A DNA stretch of 64,000 nt, taken from positions 7,068,001 to 7,132,000 of the forward strand of contig OX597829.1 in assembly GCA_951406725.2 (NCBI GenBank), written 5' to 3'. How positions within the stretch are numbered: the first letter of the stretch is position 1; the number at the start of each line of letters is the position of its first letter. This DNA is from Octopus vulgaris (lineage: Eukaryota). The notes beneath the pieces are model-generated. The model saw only the letters and a list, made by a program, of their open reading frames with translations. It was not told where the DNA came from and searched no databases. The translations under genes and the position numbers were made by a program. Shown here one piece after another: positions 13,416-27,256 of the stretch.

Positions 13416-13679
13416 TTTAAACTTTTTGTTGTGATAACGTTAGTTATCTCCCCTGTTTTACTTTCAATTTCTTGTTTGCCTTCCTTATGCACTTTCCCTG
13501 TTCAAATGTCGTCTGCTTTGAACGCAAGTGACAAACAGTTTTCTTCTCAGCTTCAAAAATATCGAATTTAATATTTTGAGTACGAAACCCTGGATAGACT
13601 TGTGGCTTTCGTTGTAACATTATCTACATATCTTACATGATTGAGTACTATTATACTTGTTGAAGCCTTACCACACTAC

Positions 13680-13950
<271 letters not shown>

Positions 13951-16222
13951 TATTTATACGCTCATTCGAATACAGATTGATAGATAACTTGCTGAGAAAA
14001 CTTAAGGAATGGCGGAAATTCTTGACTTGTGTCTAAGCTGTCTCGGTATTTGATTTGTATTTCTTTTCTGTTAATTAATAGCTTCTCTATAACAATAGAA
14101 ATATCCATACCAAAAGTATTTTCCCCACAAAATGTTTTCATTAATCCGCTGTGATAATGTATAGATGTTGTTGCATTTTAGCTTTACAAAAATAACTTAA
14201 GATGAAAAGATGTGGCGCTTAAATTGATATCACATTTGTAGTGAGGTCACATATGTTGTAGTTGTGTTGTTTTGGCCTCAGGCCAACTTCCATTAAGCAG
14301 TCTTCTTATTAAAGTCGTTCGGGTCATGATCTTGCGATGTCTGTATTCTTCTGAATGTTTCTATATTTTCTGTGTCCAATGCCATCCTCTTGTTTAAAAC
14401 AGCAGAACATTATTTGAAGGAGATTAGGCCGCCGATTGTAACATTAAGAACGAACATACAAATTGTATTTTGTTGGCTCTTAAAGATTCAGGAAAGTATC
14501 AGAGCAATAATGATGATTACATATAAGAAAATTGGCTACTGATAGCGTATAGGGCACTAAACTTGTCAAAATAATTTGCTGCTACAGTGCGTATACAAAA
14601 GCAAACCAAGTGTTGCTTTAACTTTCTATTTGCATTTCTTTCCTTGGTGATGTTTGCTCTGTTTGTTTATATTACATCAAAGCTGATCCCTTGAAATTTC
14701 GGTTGATTATCTTAAAAAGGAGACAAACACACATTTGTTTGTGATTTAACATAAAGAGTTTGAATGATCAGGCCAAGAAAACCTTTGATCTATGTCTGCT
14801 CTCCAAGGATATATACCCTGAGATAAGCAACAACAGCATAGGCAAGGTACACAACGTGCTGACGACGATGACTGACGAAGATGACGACGACGATGACGGT
14901 GATGATGATGAGGATGATTATGATGATGATGAACATAGTAGATAGTGGCGATACTGCGCAGTTAATGAGTGAACCATTTACACACGATGCAAACGATTAA
15001 GTTCCTTGTCCTACACAAGGAATTATTAGACTGGCCGCAGTCTAATAACTGAATCAAGTAAAAGATAAAATATTAATGCTGCAAACATCCCAAGCATGCA
15101 TCGGCTCCAGTGGTCCTTGTGCATCAGAAAACTGTTAGCCTGTAACTTTAGCATTTATTATCTCAATCGTTTGAAGTCTTTTGAAGTTCATTAGTTGAAT
15201 CCATTATATTTCTGATTCCTTGTCTATAAGCTCTAAGGTTGTTTATGTTTGCTTTCGTGAGTACGGCCGTGATAAATGTGTCTATTTCAATTAAAACATC
15301 ATTACTCATTCATATAGTTTTGTCTTTTACGAATGAAGTATGGTTGTGTTAAATTTTCTTTTATATATTTTATATTTTTCAGTCTAAATAATGTATATTG
15401 TGTAACACAGTACAAAGCACTGATTTTAAAAGTATATAGATGTCTAGACCAACTGTTGTCGATTACTTTTATTAACAGAATTCAGTAACTTTAAATCACA
15501 GCTCCCACATTGTCTAGGTATATAATTGCAGTCAGAACGAGCTTTCGGATTACACAATTAAAGATTTACAGGCTTGTTAAGTGTTTTCGTATTTCTATGT
15601 CCATTAAAAAGGAAAACAAACTTCCAATTTATTATTTTGAAGAAACATTTTCTTGCAGACGCAGCCCGCAAGTTGTTAGCATTCATATTTTTGTTTTCTT
15701 TAACATTGAGAACTCTATAAAACCTCTAAGAGCTTTCTGATGCATTTAGCTTCGAATATAGAACCACTTCGGTGATTTTGATTTATATATTTGTTTTCAT
15801 TGGGTCGATAGTCAAAACGTTTAGTTGTATTGAACACTTCTGCAATTTTATTTACTTAACTATACATTTTGTAAACCCAATTTGCATATTCATAGATTAT
15901 TGCAATAATACTATTTTCAATTTTTATTTTAATTTGTATTTCAAATTTGGCTCTTTTGACGTTTCTTGTGATTGTTATACATGCATAAATAGAGACACAC
16001 ACAATCAAAATAGAGAATACTCACAAACACGTACACATACACGCACACACACTAACACATCCACACACCTGAAAAGTAAGGAAGAGTCAGGGTTTAAAGT
16101 GAAAAAGATATAGTAATACTCCATTGCTTCCTATCAGTTTCGTTACACTCTGCTAGTCTGTGGCTCCTCTTAACGTGGGTGTGCGTGTGTGTGTGCAGAG
16201 AGAGATGGTGGGAGCGAGAGAG

Positions 16223-16268
<46 letters not shown>

Positions 16269-16311
16269 ATATGTATGTATGTATGTATGTATGTATATAA
16301 ATATTTGTATG

Positions 16312-16364
<53 letters not shown>

Positions 16365-16460
16365 CAAATATACATATATATATATAATATTAGGGAGTAA
16401 ATCAAAACTTACTGGGAAAAATTAGATTTAGGATTAAATCAAATTTCACGGTATAAATAT

Positions 16461-17029
16461 AAATTAAATTAGAGATAAAACCACTATTAGGCAACTCAAA
16501 CAGTGATAGACATAAACCAGAACATAAAAAACAAAAAATAAATATGATTAATATAAAAAAATGACCATGGGATTGCACCTAGAAAGTTACCCTCCTAGAC
16601 ACAAGTCCGGGCAAGGTAGTTTATGGAAGACCAGCAGTCGCCCATGCATACCAGCCTCCCCTCTCCACGCCACCAGTGTTATCCAAGGGAAAGACAAAGG
16701 TCGATACAGCTTGGCACCAGTGACGTCGCAACTCATTTCTACAGCTGAGTGAACTGGAGCAACGTGAAATAAAGTGCTTTGCTCAAGAACACAACACGCA
16801 GCCCGGTCCGGGATTCGAGCTCACAACCTCACGATCGTAAGCTCGACGCTCTAACCACTGAGCCATAAAATATGTTATTTAAAATTTAAATTATTAAAAT
16901 TTAAAATTTTATATTTTATATGTATTTTGTATATTATATTAATTATATTTATTTTTTGTTTTTTTATGTTTTGGTTTATGACTATCACTGTTTGAGTTGC
17001 CTAATAGTGGTTTTATCTCTAATTTAATT

Positions 17030-17030
<1 letters not shown>
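16461..17030. repeat. ~95-bp inverted repeat enclosing a SINE
   Basis: 16461-16556 (AAATTAAATTAGAGATAAAACCACTATTAGGCAACTCAAACAGTGATAG...) is the near-perfect reverse complement of 16933-17030. Confidence 0.9.
16561..16867 (-). mobile_element. tRNA-derived SINE (family C)
   Basis: Colinear with 5990-6296. Confidence 0.88.
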
Positions 17031-17100
<70 letters not shown>

Positions 17101-17104
<4 letters not shown>

Positions 17105-19865
17105 TGTGACACACTAATTGTACATATAAGGCAACTTGTGTAGCTATATGTGCTACATATCGCCCTCCAGATGCCCCAAGCCATGTAGGCAAGTTTGAAG
17201 ACTGCCTTATAAAAATAGAAGTTCTAGTCACATTAGAACAACACATAAGTGTACTTCTTATGGGAGACTTCAATCTACCCAATGTCAGATGGCCCGAGGG
17301 TCTTTCTCTCCCAGGAATGACACGATGTGAACGAGGACAGGCGAGGTCCCTCATGAACCTCATCAACACTCTGTACATGGAGCAAGTGATACTCCAACCA
17401 ACCAGGGCAGGTAACATACTGGATCTCTGCTTCACAAATAATATGGATCTCATCAATAATGTGAAAGTGACACCGACACTACTCTCGGATCACAACATGG
17501 TAGAGCGGACCATGTACGGGTCAAAGGAAAGCATGGACATGCAGCCTACAGGAAACTCTCAGAATCTTTCCAGCTTGAACTTCCATAAGGCAAACTGGAA
17601 ACAAATTGAAAAGAGATCCTCAAACAAAACTGGCCTGAATGTCTATCCTCGCCAGACATCGTCATGAAACTTCAACAATTCATGTCTGTAATGCAAGCCA
17701 TATGCTACAAATGTGTCCCAGAGAGAAAGGCCACTGTACGCAAGAGCAAAATCCCCAGAGAGAGGAAAATTCTAATGTGACGGCGTACAAAATCGCCTAA
17801 ACAAACAAATTGAAAGCAGTGAAAAGTCCCGCCTGAAAATAAAACTGTTGGAAACTGAAAAATGCCTGCAACTCTCCCATGAAAAAGAAAGAGCAGACAA
17901 AGAAGCCTGGGCTATAGACAACATAAAATCTAACCCCAGAGCTTTCTACAGGTATGCCAAAGAAACAGCTACGGGGCACTGTAGGATAGGGACACTCCTT
18001 GAAAAGGATGGCACACTCACAAGAAATCCAATGAGGGTAAGTGAAAAACTAAATGAGCAATTCAAGAGTATTTTCACCCACCCCTAGGGCATTTTCAAGT
18101 CAGCAATCCAACTGACTTCGTTACCACTGCAGATGTAAAATCAGTGGCAGCGATGATTGATTACATCAATATAAAGGAAGACGATGTAATAAAGGCTATT
18201 GATGAAATGAAAACAAACTCAGCTACTGGCCCCGGTGGATCCCCAGCAATCCTTCTAAAAGTATGTAAGAGAGTCCTAGCAAGACCACTGCAGTTCCTCT
18301 TTCAGAGCTTCCTTGCAACTGGCAAACTTCCAAGAAAACTGAAGGAAGGTAAAATAGGCACTATTCATAAAGGAGGTAGCAGAGCGGAGGCCAAGAACTA
18401 CAGACCTATCTCTCTGACCTCACACATCAGCAAGGTCATGGAACGAATAGTCAGAAGGAAACTAATCACCTTCCTTGAAGAAAATGACTTGCTGCCTGAC
18501 ACCCAACATGGTTTCCGACCAGGAAGAAGCTGCTTAACTCAGCTCCTACAACACTATGACTGGGTGCTGAAACGACTGCTCAACCTCTCACATGTGGAAG
18601 TGATATATCTCGACTTTGCAAAGGCCTTTGATAAAGTCGATCATGAAATGATATGTCACATACTGCGTGATCTTGGCATAGTTGGAAAATTTGGAGAATG
18701 GCTTCGTGATTTTCTGAAGGATAGAAGTCAGGTGGTAGTAGCCATTAATACGCAAATAGTGAGCGGTGTTCCGCAAGGCACTGTTTTGGGACCACTACTG
18801 TTCATAATGGCCCTCTCAGACATGCCCTCATCCACAAAGAGAGTCACGATCACAAGTTATGCAGATGATACAAAAGTTTCACAGGCAATACAGAACCCTG
18901 AAGACACTAAGCACCTGCAATGTGAGCTGGACAAAATATACAAGTGGGCTGAAAAGAATAGCATGCAGTTCAATGCTGAAAAGTTTCAAGCTTTATACTA
19001 TCAGCATGCAAAACTAAATGCAATACCCAATAAATACAGTAGACCTGGAGGGATTGCAATCCCAGAGGCACAATCAGTGCGAGACCTGGGTATTTACATG
19101 AGTGATGATGCAACCTTTCATGTGTATGTTGCTAAATTGGCAATGAAATGTAGGCGGCTGACCGGATGAATTCTCAGAACCTTTAGAACGAGAGACCAGG
19201 AAACCATGATGGTCCTCTGGAGGACACTTGTCCTAAGCCACTTTGACTATTGCTCTCAGCTATGGTCACCATCCAGTGTCAAGTTAATCACAGAACTTGA
19301 GGCGATCCAACGAAGCTACACGAAAAAGATAGCCTCTGTGCAGCATATAAGCTATTGGGAAAGACTCAAGAGATTGAGACTCTATTCCTTAGATCGTAGG
19401 CGAGAAAGACATGCCATAATATATATCTGGAAGATCTTAGAAGGACTTGTCCCAAACTTTGGCATCGAGAGTTACACAAATGCCAGAACTGGGCGCCACT
19501 GCATAGTGTCAAGGACTCCAAATTTGCCATCAAGATGTAGGACAAGATACTGTGATAGCCTGGGCTTCCGAGGCCCACGGCTCTTCAATATCCTCCCGAA
19601 GAACCTAAGAGACCTGCATGGGGTGGATGCAGATGTCTTTAAAATGAAACTGGATCTCTTCTTGTCAGGTGTCCCAAATGAACCAACTTTACGGCAGGGG
19701 GTGTAGATGAAGGCAGCTGCATCGAACTCTCTCGTGCACCAAATGGCAATTGCTAAAAAGCATTTGTGAAGTAAAACCAAGTAGCAACACCAAATGGCGG
19801 TGCCCCAGCATGGCCACAGCTTGTGAGCTGAAACTAAATAAAATAAAATAAATAAATAAATAAAT
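17101..19865 (+). mobile_element. 5'-truncated CR1/L2-group LINE (APE + RT), multiple stops and frameshifts
   Basis: APE motifs YRPP, MGDFN, PTRAGNILDL, LSDHN. RT motifs NYRPISLTS, QHGFR, YLDFAKAFDKVDH, SGVPQGTVLGPLLF, YADDTK. Ends in a 3' hairpin and an (AAAT)n tail. Confidence 0.92.
18144..19706 (+). pseudogene. LINE ORF2 reverse transcriptase remnant
   Basis: ORFs 18144-19169 and 19206-19706 are in the same frame, separated by a TGA (LTG*ILRTF, where W is expected). Confidence 0.9.
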
Positions 19866-20021
19866 AATATATATATAGGTATATATATAGATATATATAC
19901 ATATATATAAATGTATAAATAGACATACACATACAGGCATATATATAAACGCACACACATATGCTTGTATATATGTATACAGACACACACACACACACAC
20001 ACACACACACTCATATGTATT

Positions 20022-20175
20022 TATGGCTGTATGGTAGGTAGCTTGCTTACCAACAACTTGGTTCTGGGTTCAGTCCCCTGCCTGACAGTTTGGGTAAGTG
20101 TCTTCTACTATTGCCTCGGGCCGACCAAAGCCTTGTGAATGGACTTGGCACATGGAAACTGGAAGAAGCCCGTCG

Positions 20176-20239
<64 letters not shown>

Positions 20240-20455
20240 CGTGTGTGTATGTGTGTGTGTTTGTCACTCCAATATCACTTGCCAACCGATGTTGGTGTGT
20301 TTACGTTCCCGTAACTTAGCGGTTCGGCAAGAGAGACCGATAGGATAAGTACTAGGCTTATAAAGAATAAGTTCTGGGGTCGATTTATTCGACTAAAGGT
20401 GGTGCTCTAGCATGGCCACAGTCAAATGACTGAAACAAATAAAAGAATAAAAGAT
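20022..20455 (+). mobile_element. SINE family B, full length with internal (TA)(TG)n
   Basis: TGGCTGTATGGTAG..GGGTTCAGTCCC head; tail GGTGCTCTAGCATGGCCACAGTCAAATGACTGAAAC. Confidence 0.88.
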
Positions 20456-20594
20456 ATGTCTGCGTGTGTGTGCGCGCGCGTGTGTATGTTTATATATGTG
20501 TGTGTGTATATATATATATGTCTCTCTCTATATATATGTGTGTGTGTGTATGTGTGTGTGTGTGTCTATATGTATATATATATATAGTATAAGG

Positions 20595-20902
20595 AACGTA
20601 ACATCCTACTTTACGTGTGTTTCATCGACTACTTTAAGGCCTTCGTCTGTGGGCATGAGATTTCCTGAACACTTGGTCGCACTGTTGGCGTGACTATATC
20701 AAGATCAACAGTCATCTGTTAGGACGTCCGTCGGTGACACGGAGTGGTTCGGCATCGAGAGAGGTGTCCGACAGGGATGTGTTCTGTCTCCATATCTGTG
20801 AAAAACATCGTAAGAGCGGTGAAGGTGAACTACGACGGTGTTGTGCAGATTGGCGGAGAAAGGTTGTGCAATCTGAGGAACGCCGATGACACAATGCTAG
20901 GG
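20595..20902 (+). mobile_element. RTE-clade (BovB-like) LINE RT fragment
   Basis: FIDYFKAF; MRFPEHLVALL..LYQDQQSSVRTSVGDTEWFGIERGVRQGCVLSPYL; IGGERLCNLRNADDTML. Confidence 0.85.
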
Positions 20903-20931
20903 GGACAAACACGGACACACAAACACACCCA

Positions 20932-21009
<78 letters not shown>

Positions 21010-21011
21010 CA

Positions 21012-21178
21012 TATATACGACGGGCTTCTTTCAGTTTCCGTCTACCAAATCCACTCACAAGGCTTTGGTCGGCCCGAGGCTATAGTAGAAGACACTTGCC
21101 CAAGGTGCCACGCAGTGGGACTGAACCCGGAACCATGTGGTTGGTAAACAAGCTACTTACCACACAGCCACTCCTACG

Positions 21179-21181
<3 letters not shown>
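21012..21181 (-). mobile_element. SINE family B, 5' half
   Basis: Minus strand GGCGTAGGAGTGGCTGTGTGGTAAG...GGGTTCAGTCCC...CCTTGGGCAAGTGTC. Confidence 0.88.
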
Positions 21182-21268
<87 letters not shown>

Positions 21269-21524
21269 TATAAACTGTGAATCTTGTGCATGATTACAAA
21301 AATATTTTTGCTAATTGTTTAGCATGGCCTGAATCATTTCTAAAGTTGGCAACAGTATTTACGGCCACTGCAGGTAAGTAAACTTTAAGACATTGTAACA
21401 TACTTTGTTATTTCTATGTTTTTTTATTATCACTCCTCGTGATGAGTCGACCTATGCTAGATTTATGATCAAGGACAAACCATTCGTGTCGATCACTTAT
21501 TTCGTTTCAGACATTGATTGTGCA

Positions 21525-21922
21525 AGTGGGTGAGTTGGCAGAAAGGTTAATATGCCAGGTGAAATACTTTGCGGTATTTCGTCTGCCGCTGCGTTCTGAT
21601 TTCAAATTCCTCCGAGGTCGACTTTGCCTTTCATCCTTTCGGGGTCGATTAAATAAGCACCAGTTAGGCACTGGAGTCAATATAATCGACTTAACCCGTC
21701 TGTCTGTCCTTGTTTGTCCTCTCTGTGTTTAGACCCTTGTGAGCAGTAAAGAGATAGGTATTTCGTCTGCCTTTACGTTCTGAGTTCAAATTCCGCTGAG
21801 GTCGACTTTGCCCTTCATCTTTTCGAGGTCGATAAATGAAAATACCAATTGCGTACTGGGGTCGATCTAATCGACGGCATCCTTCCCCCAAAATTTCAGG
21901 CCTTGTACCTTGAGTAGAAAAG
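21525..21922 (+). mobile_element. SINE family A dimer (tail-1 + tail-2)
   Basis: GGTATTTCGTCTGCC occurs at 21573 and again at 21757, directly after tail 1. Confidence 0.88.
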
Positions 21923-22400
21923 ACATTGATTCGTGCTTTAAGAGCTACAGTATCGAAGATTCGTTTTGCTTTTCACATTTGCTTTTCCTCGAGATAGAAG
22001 AGTGAATTTTAAAGGTAATTTCGTTGATATATTTAATAATCTGTGTGAACCTTCTCTAATTTTGTCGTTGTTACCGTGCTCATCATCTTGGTTTTGTCAT
22101 TCGTAATGTTGAAATTGTTATTGTCGTCTAGCCCCGATCACATATCTTATGAAATGCATTTTGCTTGCAACAATCTTAACTTGTCTGAGACAGAGTAATT
22201 AGGATTACATTATTTGTATTGGCATGTATTTTAAGATTGCACGATCCTATTTAAAAGGAATTTGATTATAATTTTTAGCATGTCAAGCGATCATGCAATA
22301 GTTCTCGCATTTTCTCTCATGCGGCTACTGCGTGTGTACGTACATGTGTGAATGTATAAATGTATATGAGAATAACTGTGTATATGTGTACAGGTATAAC

Positions 22401-22627
22401 GGCGAGCTGGCAGACTCGTTAGCATGTCGAGCGAAATGCTTAGCGGTATTTCGGCTGCCGTTACGTTGTGAGTTCAAATTCCGCCGAGGTCGACTTTGCC
22501 TTTCATCCTTTCGGGGTCGATAAATTAAGTACCAGTTAAGCACTGGGGTCGATATAATCAACTTAATACCTATGTCTGTCCATGTTTGTCCCCTCTATGT
22601 TTAGCCCCTTGTGGGTAATAAAGAAAT
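22401..22627 (+). mobile_element. SINE family A, tail type 1, with 9-bp TSD
   Basis: TSD AGGTATAAC at 22392-22400 and 22628-22636. Confidence 0.9.
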
Positions 22628-23664
22628 AGGTATAACTGTGTGTATGTGCAGCTATGTCTATGTGCTAGCATGACGAGGTATGTGAATGTGTGTCTGTTCT
22701 ATATAGATGTATTATGTATGTAAATATGTATGTGTATATGTGTTTATGCGTGCGCTCTGATACACCATCTTTAGCAGGAATTGTGGCAACATAGAACCAA
22801 TTTTATGAAATATTAATTTGATTACCTTAAAAAATTAAGTACTATTTAAGAGAATATTCCGATTTCTTAAAATATTTCCTGTGCAATTTCATATACAAAA
22901 ATTATTCTCGGGTATTTGTGAACGTCTACTTTGCGTGTTTCATTGCTATATTTTTCAAGTCGTCGTAGCCAAAAGCTAGTGATAGTTAAGCTTCGCGGTC
23001 GTTGTCCTTTTAACATTGATTAAAATTGCTATAAATCAGAACTATTTACTAGTTCAGCAAGTTGGAAATACTTTAACTATTTCGTTATTTTAATATTTTC
23101 TCTTTTCCCTTTTGATTTCCTTTTTGTATATATAAACCCACTTTTATCGTTCAACTTGTATCTTCCTGTCCTATTTTCTCGTTGCAGAAGACATTTATGC
23201 CTGGCTTTCTGAATTTTACCTACCTCTTTCTACACCTACCCGAGTAAAGAATATCCATATGCTTCAACAAGCATCGGACGCTTACCATAAGGCAAATATA
23301 CGTTTAATTTTTTGTATATGGGGATATTTGCGATTAATTATTCATTTTTATTTTCCATACACATTGGCTCCAACAACTTAATTAGTTATAACTAGTTAAA
23401 GCACTCAGTAAATAAATGTCTTGATTAGCCGACTTCAGATAAACCTTACCAAGTTCATATCTTTCATTCATTCTCTCCACTCTTTCTCACTGTCTCTCAC
23501 TCTCTCTCTCCCTCTCCATCTCTCTCTCTCTCTATCTTTCTATCTACTTATCTATCTAACTATTCATCTTTCAATCTATCTCTGTCTTTCTGTGTATACA
23601 TATATATGCGTATGTGCGCTGGCGTTCTAACTTATGTATATATATATATATATTTATATATATA

Positions 23665-23697
<33 letters not shown>

Positions 23698-23734
23698 GTA
23701 TGCTCACGTATGTACGGGTGTGTGTATGTGTGTA

Positions 23735-25470
23735 TATTTCTTCCCAAAATTCACAAGCCCAACAATCCTGACCGCCCCATCTTCTCTGCCTGCAACTGCC
23801 CCACGGAAAGGATCTCCAAATACCTCGACCTTGCCCTTGCCCTTGCCCCTGTATAATGACTTCCTTCCCCTCACCATTGTGCACACTATCTTTGTCCGGG
23901 TTTGATCTGTGAACCATGCCTCTGCTCTCTCTCCTCGCACCTGTTCCACCTTTATCCGTCTTCTGTTTCCCCTCACCTACCACCTCTCCACCGTATCTTT
24001 CCAACGCACCATTTTTCGAGCCTTCCGACAACTCCAGTCCACCCTCCACCTGACACATCTAACCCAGCCTACCCCTTCCCCCCTTCAAACGTGCTCATAA
24101 ACTGCGGACCTACTGGTCCACAATTCCTTCCGTACACCCGACTCCCATCCTGGCTCATTCCCCTGATCCTGCCCACGCTTTCACACCCGTTCCTACCTCT
24201 CCAACACTACCATCCTCACAAGCACCCATCACCATCTCCATCACGTCACCGGCTACTTTACCTGCACCTCTAGTAATGTTATTTACTGCATCTCCTACTC
24301 TCTCTGTCCATCCTTGTAGATTGGTCATATGGGACACCACTTGGCTGATCGTTTCGGACTGTCTCTGCACAAGGGCCACCCAGACTCCTATCTTTGCCCG
24401 AACAGGATTAATCTCTTTTCGTTCCTTTGCGCCATATGGGTTCAACTCACCTCCACTCTTCATCTGACACCAACTCCACTGGGATTCCCACACACCTCCC
24501 ACACACAACTACCCCTCTACCTACACACCTTCATACTTTCAGACATGCACCACTATACACACATCCATACGCACTGCTCAACTCACTTCTCACTTCACAC
24601 ACCATTACACACACACCCACAACACCTTCCCATTCCGCATACACTAGCACTGACCACATCTCAACACTCACACTACACGCCCACACTCACTGTTTTACTT
24701 AGTACACACACCACACACCGTCATACACACTTCCACAACCACACAAGTTTATAATACCTGAACACAGACAATATATACTCTCACATCCACAAAGTATATA
24801 TTACCCGAATACAGACTATATATACACTTACACGAAACACGAGTAGACACACCCAACACGAATAAACAAAGATAACTTTTGCCCACAATCATAAACTAAA
24901 CACATGCACACTATTTGGTCACAAACACACACACACATACACATGTGCACACACTACTTGAAAAGCACACATCAGCAGCTACACACAACGCACACACACA
25001 CATACGTTACACCCTCAAAAACCACACCCACCCACGTTACGCACACGTCACACTCATACACACACGTCAGACTCTCTCGCCCCCGTTCACACATACACTT
25101 ATACACATTCACACAGACATACACACGCACACACACACACACCATTCCTACATACACACACGCTTACGCACCTTAGTTCGTTGAGATCACCATTATTGTC
25201 TCCCTTTCATTCAACCACTTTTTTCTACCCATATACAATGTTGGAACGCTGAACTTTACGCGGTTGTTTTCTATCTCCGCTTTATTTATTTATTTATTTT
25301 TTCATTACTCTCCATTTTTTCCCACTTATCGCTTTCTGTCGAAGAGCGCAGGCTCGAAATGTAAAAGTCTTTTCCATTTCACCAAAGCGTCAAACTAATT
25401 TTTCTTAAGTTTCAACCTGCTTGTTGTCTCTACACCTGTCTTCGTTTTTTTTTTGCTTTTCTGTAAATTT
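23735..25470 (+). mobile_element. Internally deleted Penelope-like element (RT N-part, linker, GIY-YIG, pLTR with hammerhead)
   Basis: FLPKIHKPNNPDRPIFSACNCPTERISKYLD is the PLE RT signature. It is followed by PLTYH..FQRTIFRAFRQLQS, a degenerate Cys linker, and TCTSSNVIYCIS..LCPSL*IG..G..LADRF (GIY-YIG). HHR-like motif at 25332-25367. Confidence 0.85.
25332..25367 (+). ncRNA. Degenerate minimal hammerhead motif in PLE pLTR
   Basis: CTTT-CTGTCGA-A-GAGC-GCAG-GCTC-GAAA-TG-T-A-AAAG. Stems I and II pair; core A6 is mutated. Confidence 0.6.
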
Positions 25471-25502
25471 GAACTATATATATGTATTTATATATATATA
25501 TG

Positions 25503-25550
<48 letters not shown>

Positions 25551-25560
25551 TATATGTATG

Positions 25561-25603
<43 letters not shown>

Positions 25604-25604
25604 G

Positions 25605-25641
<37 letters not shown>

Positions 25642-25759
25642 GTATATATGTGTACATATTACATGTACATCTATATATATACATCTACACATAAAATACA
25701 AAATACAAAGTTATATCCCGATATTGCTAGTGATAACAATACTCAAAATATATAACAGA

Positions 25760-26420
25760 CTGGAATTGTAGACCCGTCTCTTGCAATTTCGATCAATTGT
25801 ATCTTGTCTTCCCTCTTGTATAGAAGTGTGGCTACAATCCAGCCTACCTCTACTTCTGTGGGGACATTTAAAATTTTTATCCGGGACGACCTACGTCCCA
25901 GATATAAAGGTAAAAATAAAATATTTCCACTTTGTAAGATTCGAGTCGAGTACTCCCTTGCACGCTGCGTTGACTTGAGCATTGCTTCTATTGTGGCGAA
26001 TTTACCGCCTCTGGTTAGATACTTGATATCTTTCATAGTCGCACAAAGACACGCTTCGATGGTGCTTTCCTCCAGGTGTTCGAATCTTTTTTTTTCTCTA
26101 CGTTGTATACTTTATAGAGAACAGTCTTTTCTTTAATTTTATTTTTTATTTCGGTTGGTGGTGTCATCCTAGATTCACCGTCTTTGTCGTTGATTAATCC
26201 GAAATAGGTTTGTATTTCTTCCATTTTAATTTTAATGAGTTCGCGCCCGCCGATGGCTGCTGCGAAAATCATTTTTGGACTTTCTTCTATCGAAGGCATT
26301 CTAACAAAAATGCTTCCGGTGAAAATATTGTCAATTTCCCCAAATAGCGACACAATTCAATTTTTAAACAATAACCAAAGCTCCCTCTCCCAAAGGGAGA
26401 GGGTTACGAATGCAATACAT
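25760..26420 (-). mobile_element. L1/Tx1-like ORF1 remnant
   Basis: GNILFLPLYLGRRSSRIKILNVPTEVEVGWIVATLLYKREDKIQLIEI resembles DKLIFIPIYLIGKLYIIRVQLEINNCWLVAAIPFDIEDKTTILRI (11261-11533). Confidence 0.55.
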
Positions 26421-26989
26421 CGTTTCCCTTACGGGGAACCAACAAACGTGATAACAATAGTTAAACAGTAATAATAATAACAACAAACCTTACGGTGAAT
26501 CAAAAAGCAGTACGCAGTTGAAGCTATAATCCTTTATGTATAAGAAATAAACCAACAGCAGTTCTCAGTAGGAGCGGCTGTTCGAGAAAACAGACATTAC
26601 ATACAGCCAAACTTCAAATAGATACTTAACGCTATCTAATTAGCAGATAATCTAATGTAAAAGCTGTGGTAAAGGGTATGTGCACAGCTCCCTCTGGACT
26701 ATTCCATTTCTGCACACTAATTTTATTTTTGATTTATTTCCATTCATGTGAAACCACTTATTCAAGTTCAAGTCATTGATGCAATTTTATACCATTTGCT
26801 ATTTTTACTTTTGTTATGTCACGATTATATTATACTTTAGCTTGATTTTACTTATTACTTACTACATATAATTCAATTGTTATTATTGTCTCTAATTTTT
26901 ATTGTTAAAGTGAAAGTATCTGACATAAAATAGAGAAATGTTTTTCTTTCACTTTTAATACGTAATACTGAAATAGTGGAGAAGATATG

Positions 26990-27165
26990 ATATTGCTATG
27001 GGCTCGCCCTAGGCAAACAGTTGAACATTTTTTTGCCCATTAAACTACATGGACCCTAAGTAAGGCATATGTAAAATTTGAATGAAATTGGTTCTGTAGT
27101 TTGCAAGTTTTAGAGAAACACACAGACAGACAGACACACATTTTCAGTTTTATATATATAGAGAT
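26990..27165 (+). mobile_element. Possible end of a non-autonomous Helitron/Helentron-like element with (ACAG)n
   Basis: GTAAAATTTGAATGAAATTGG..AGTTT..ACAGACAGACAGACACAC..TTTTATATATATAGA resembles DINE/Lep1-type ends from memory. No second copy in the window. Confidence 0.35.
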
Positions 27166-27174
27166 GTATGTATA

Positions 27175-27256
<82 letters not shown>

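Noticed and set aside
14760-14945. 61-aa ORF with an acidic tail
   Set aside because: The tail is a (GAT/GAC) microsatellite, with no recognisable domain or splice context.
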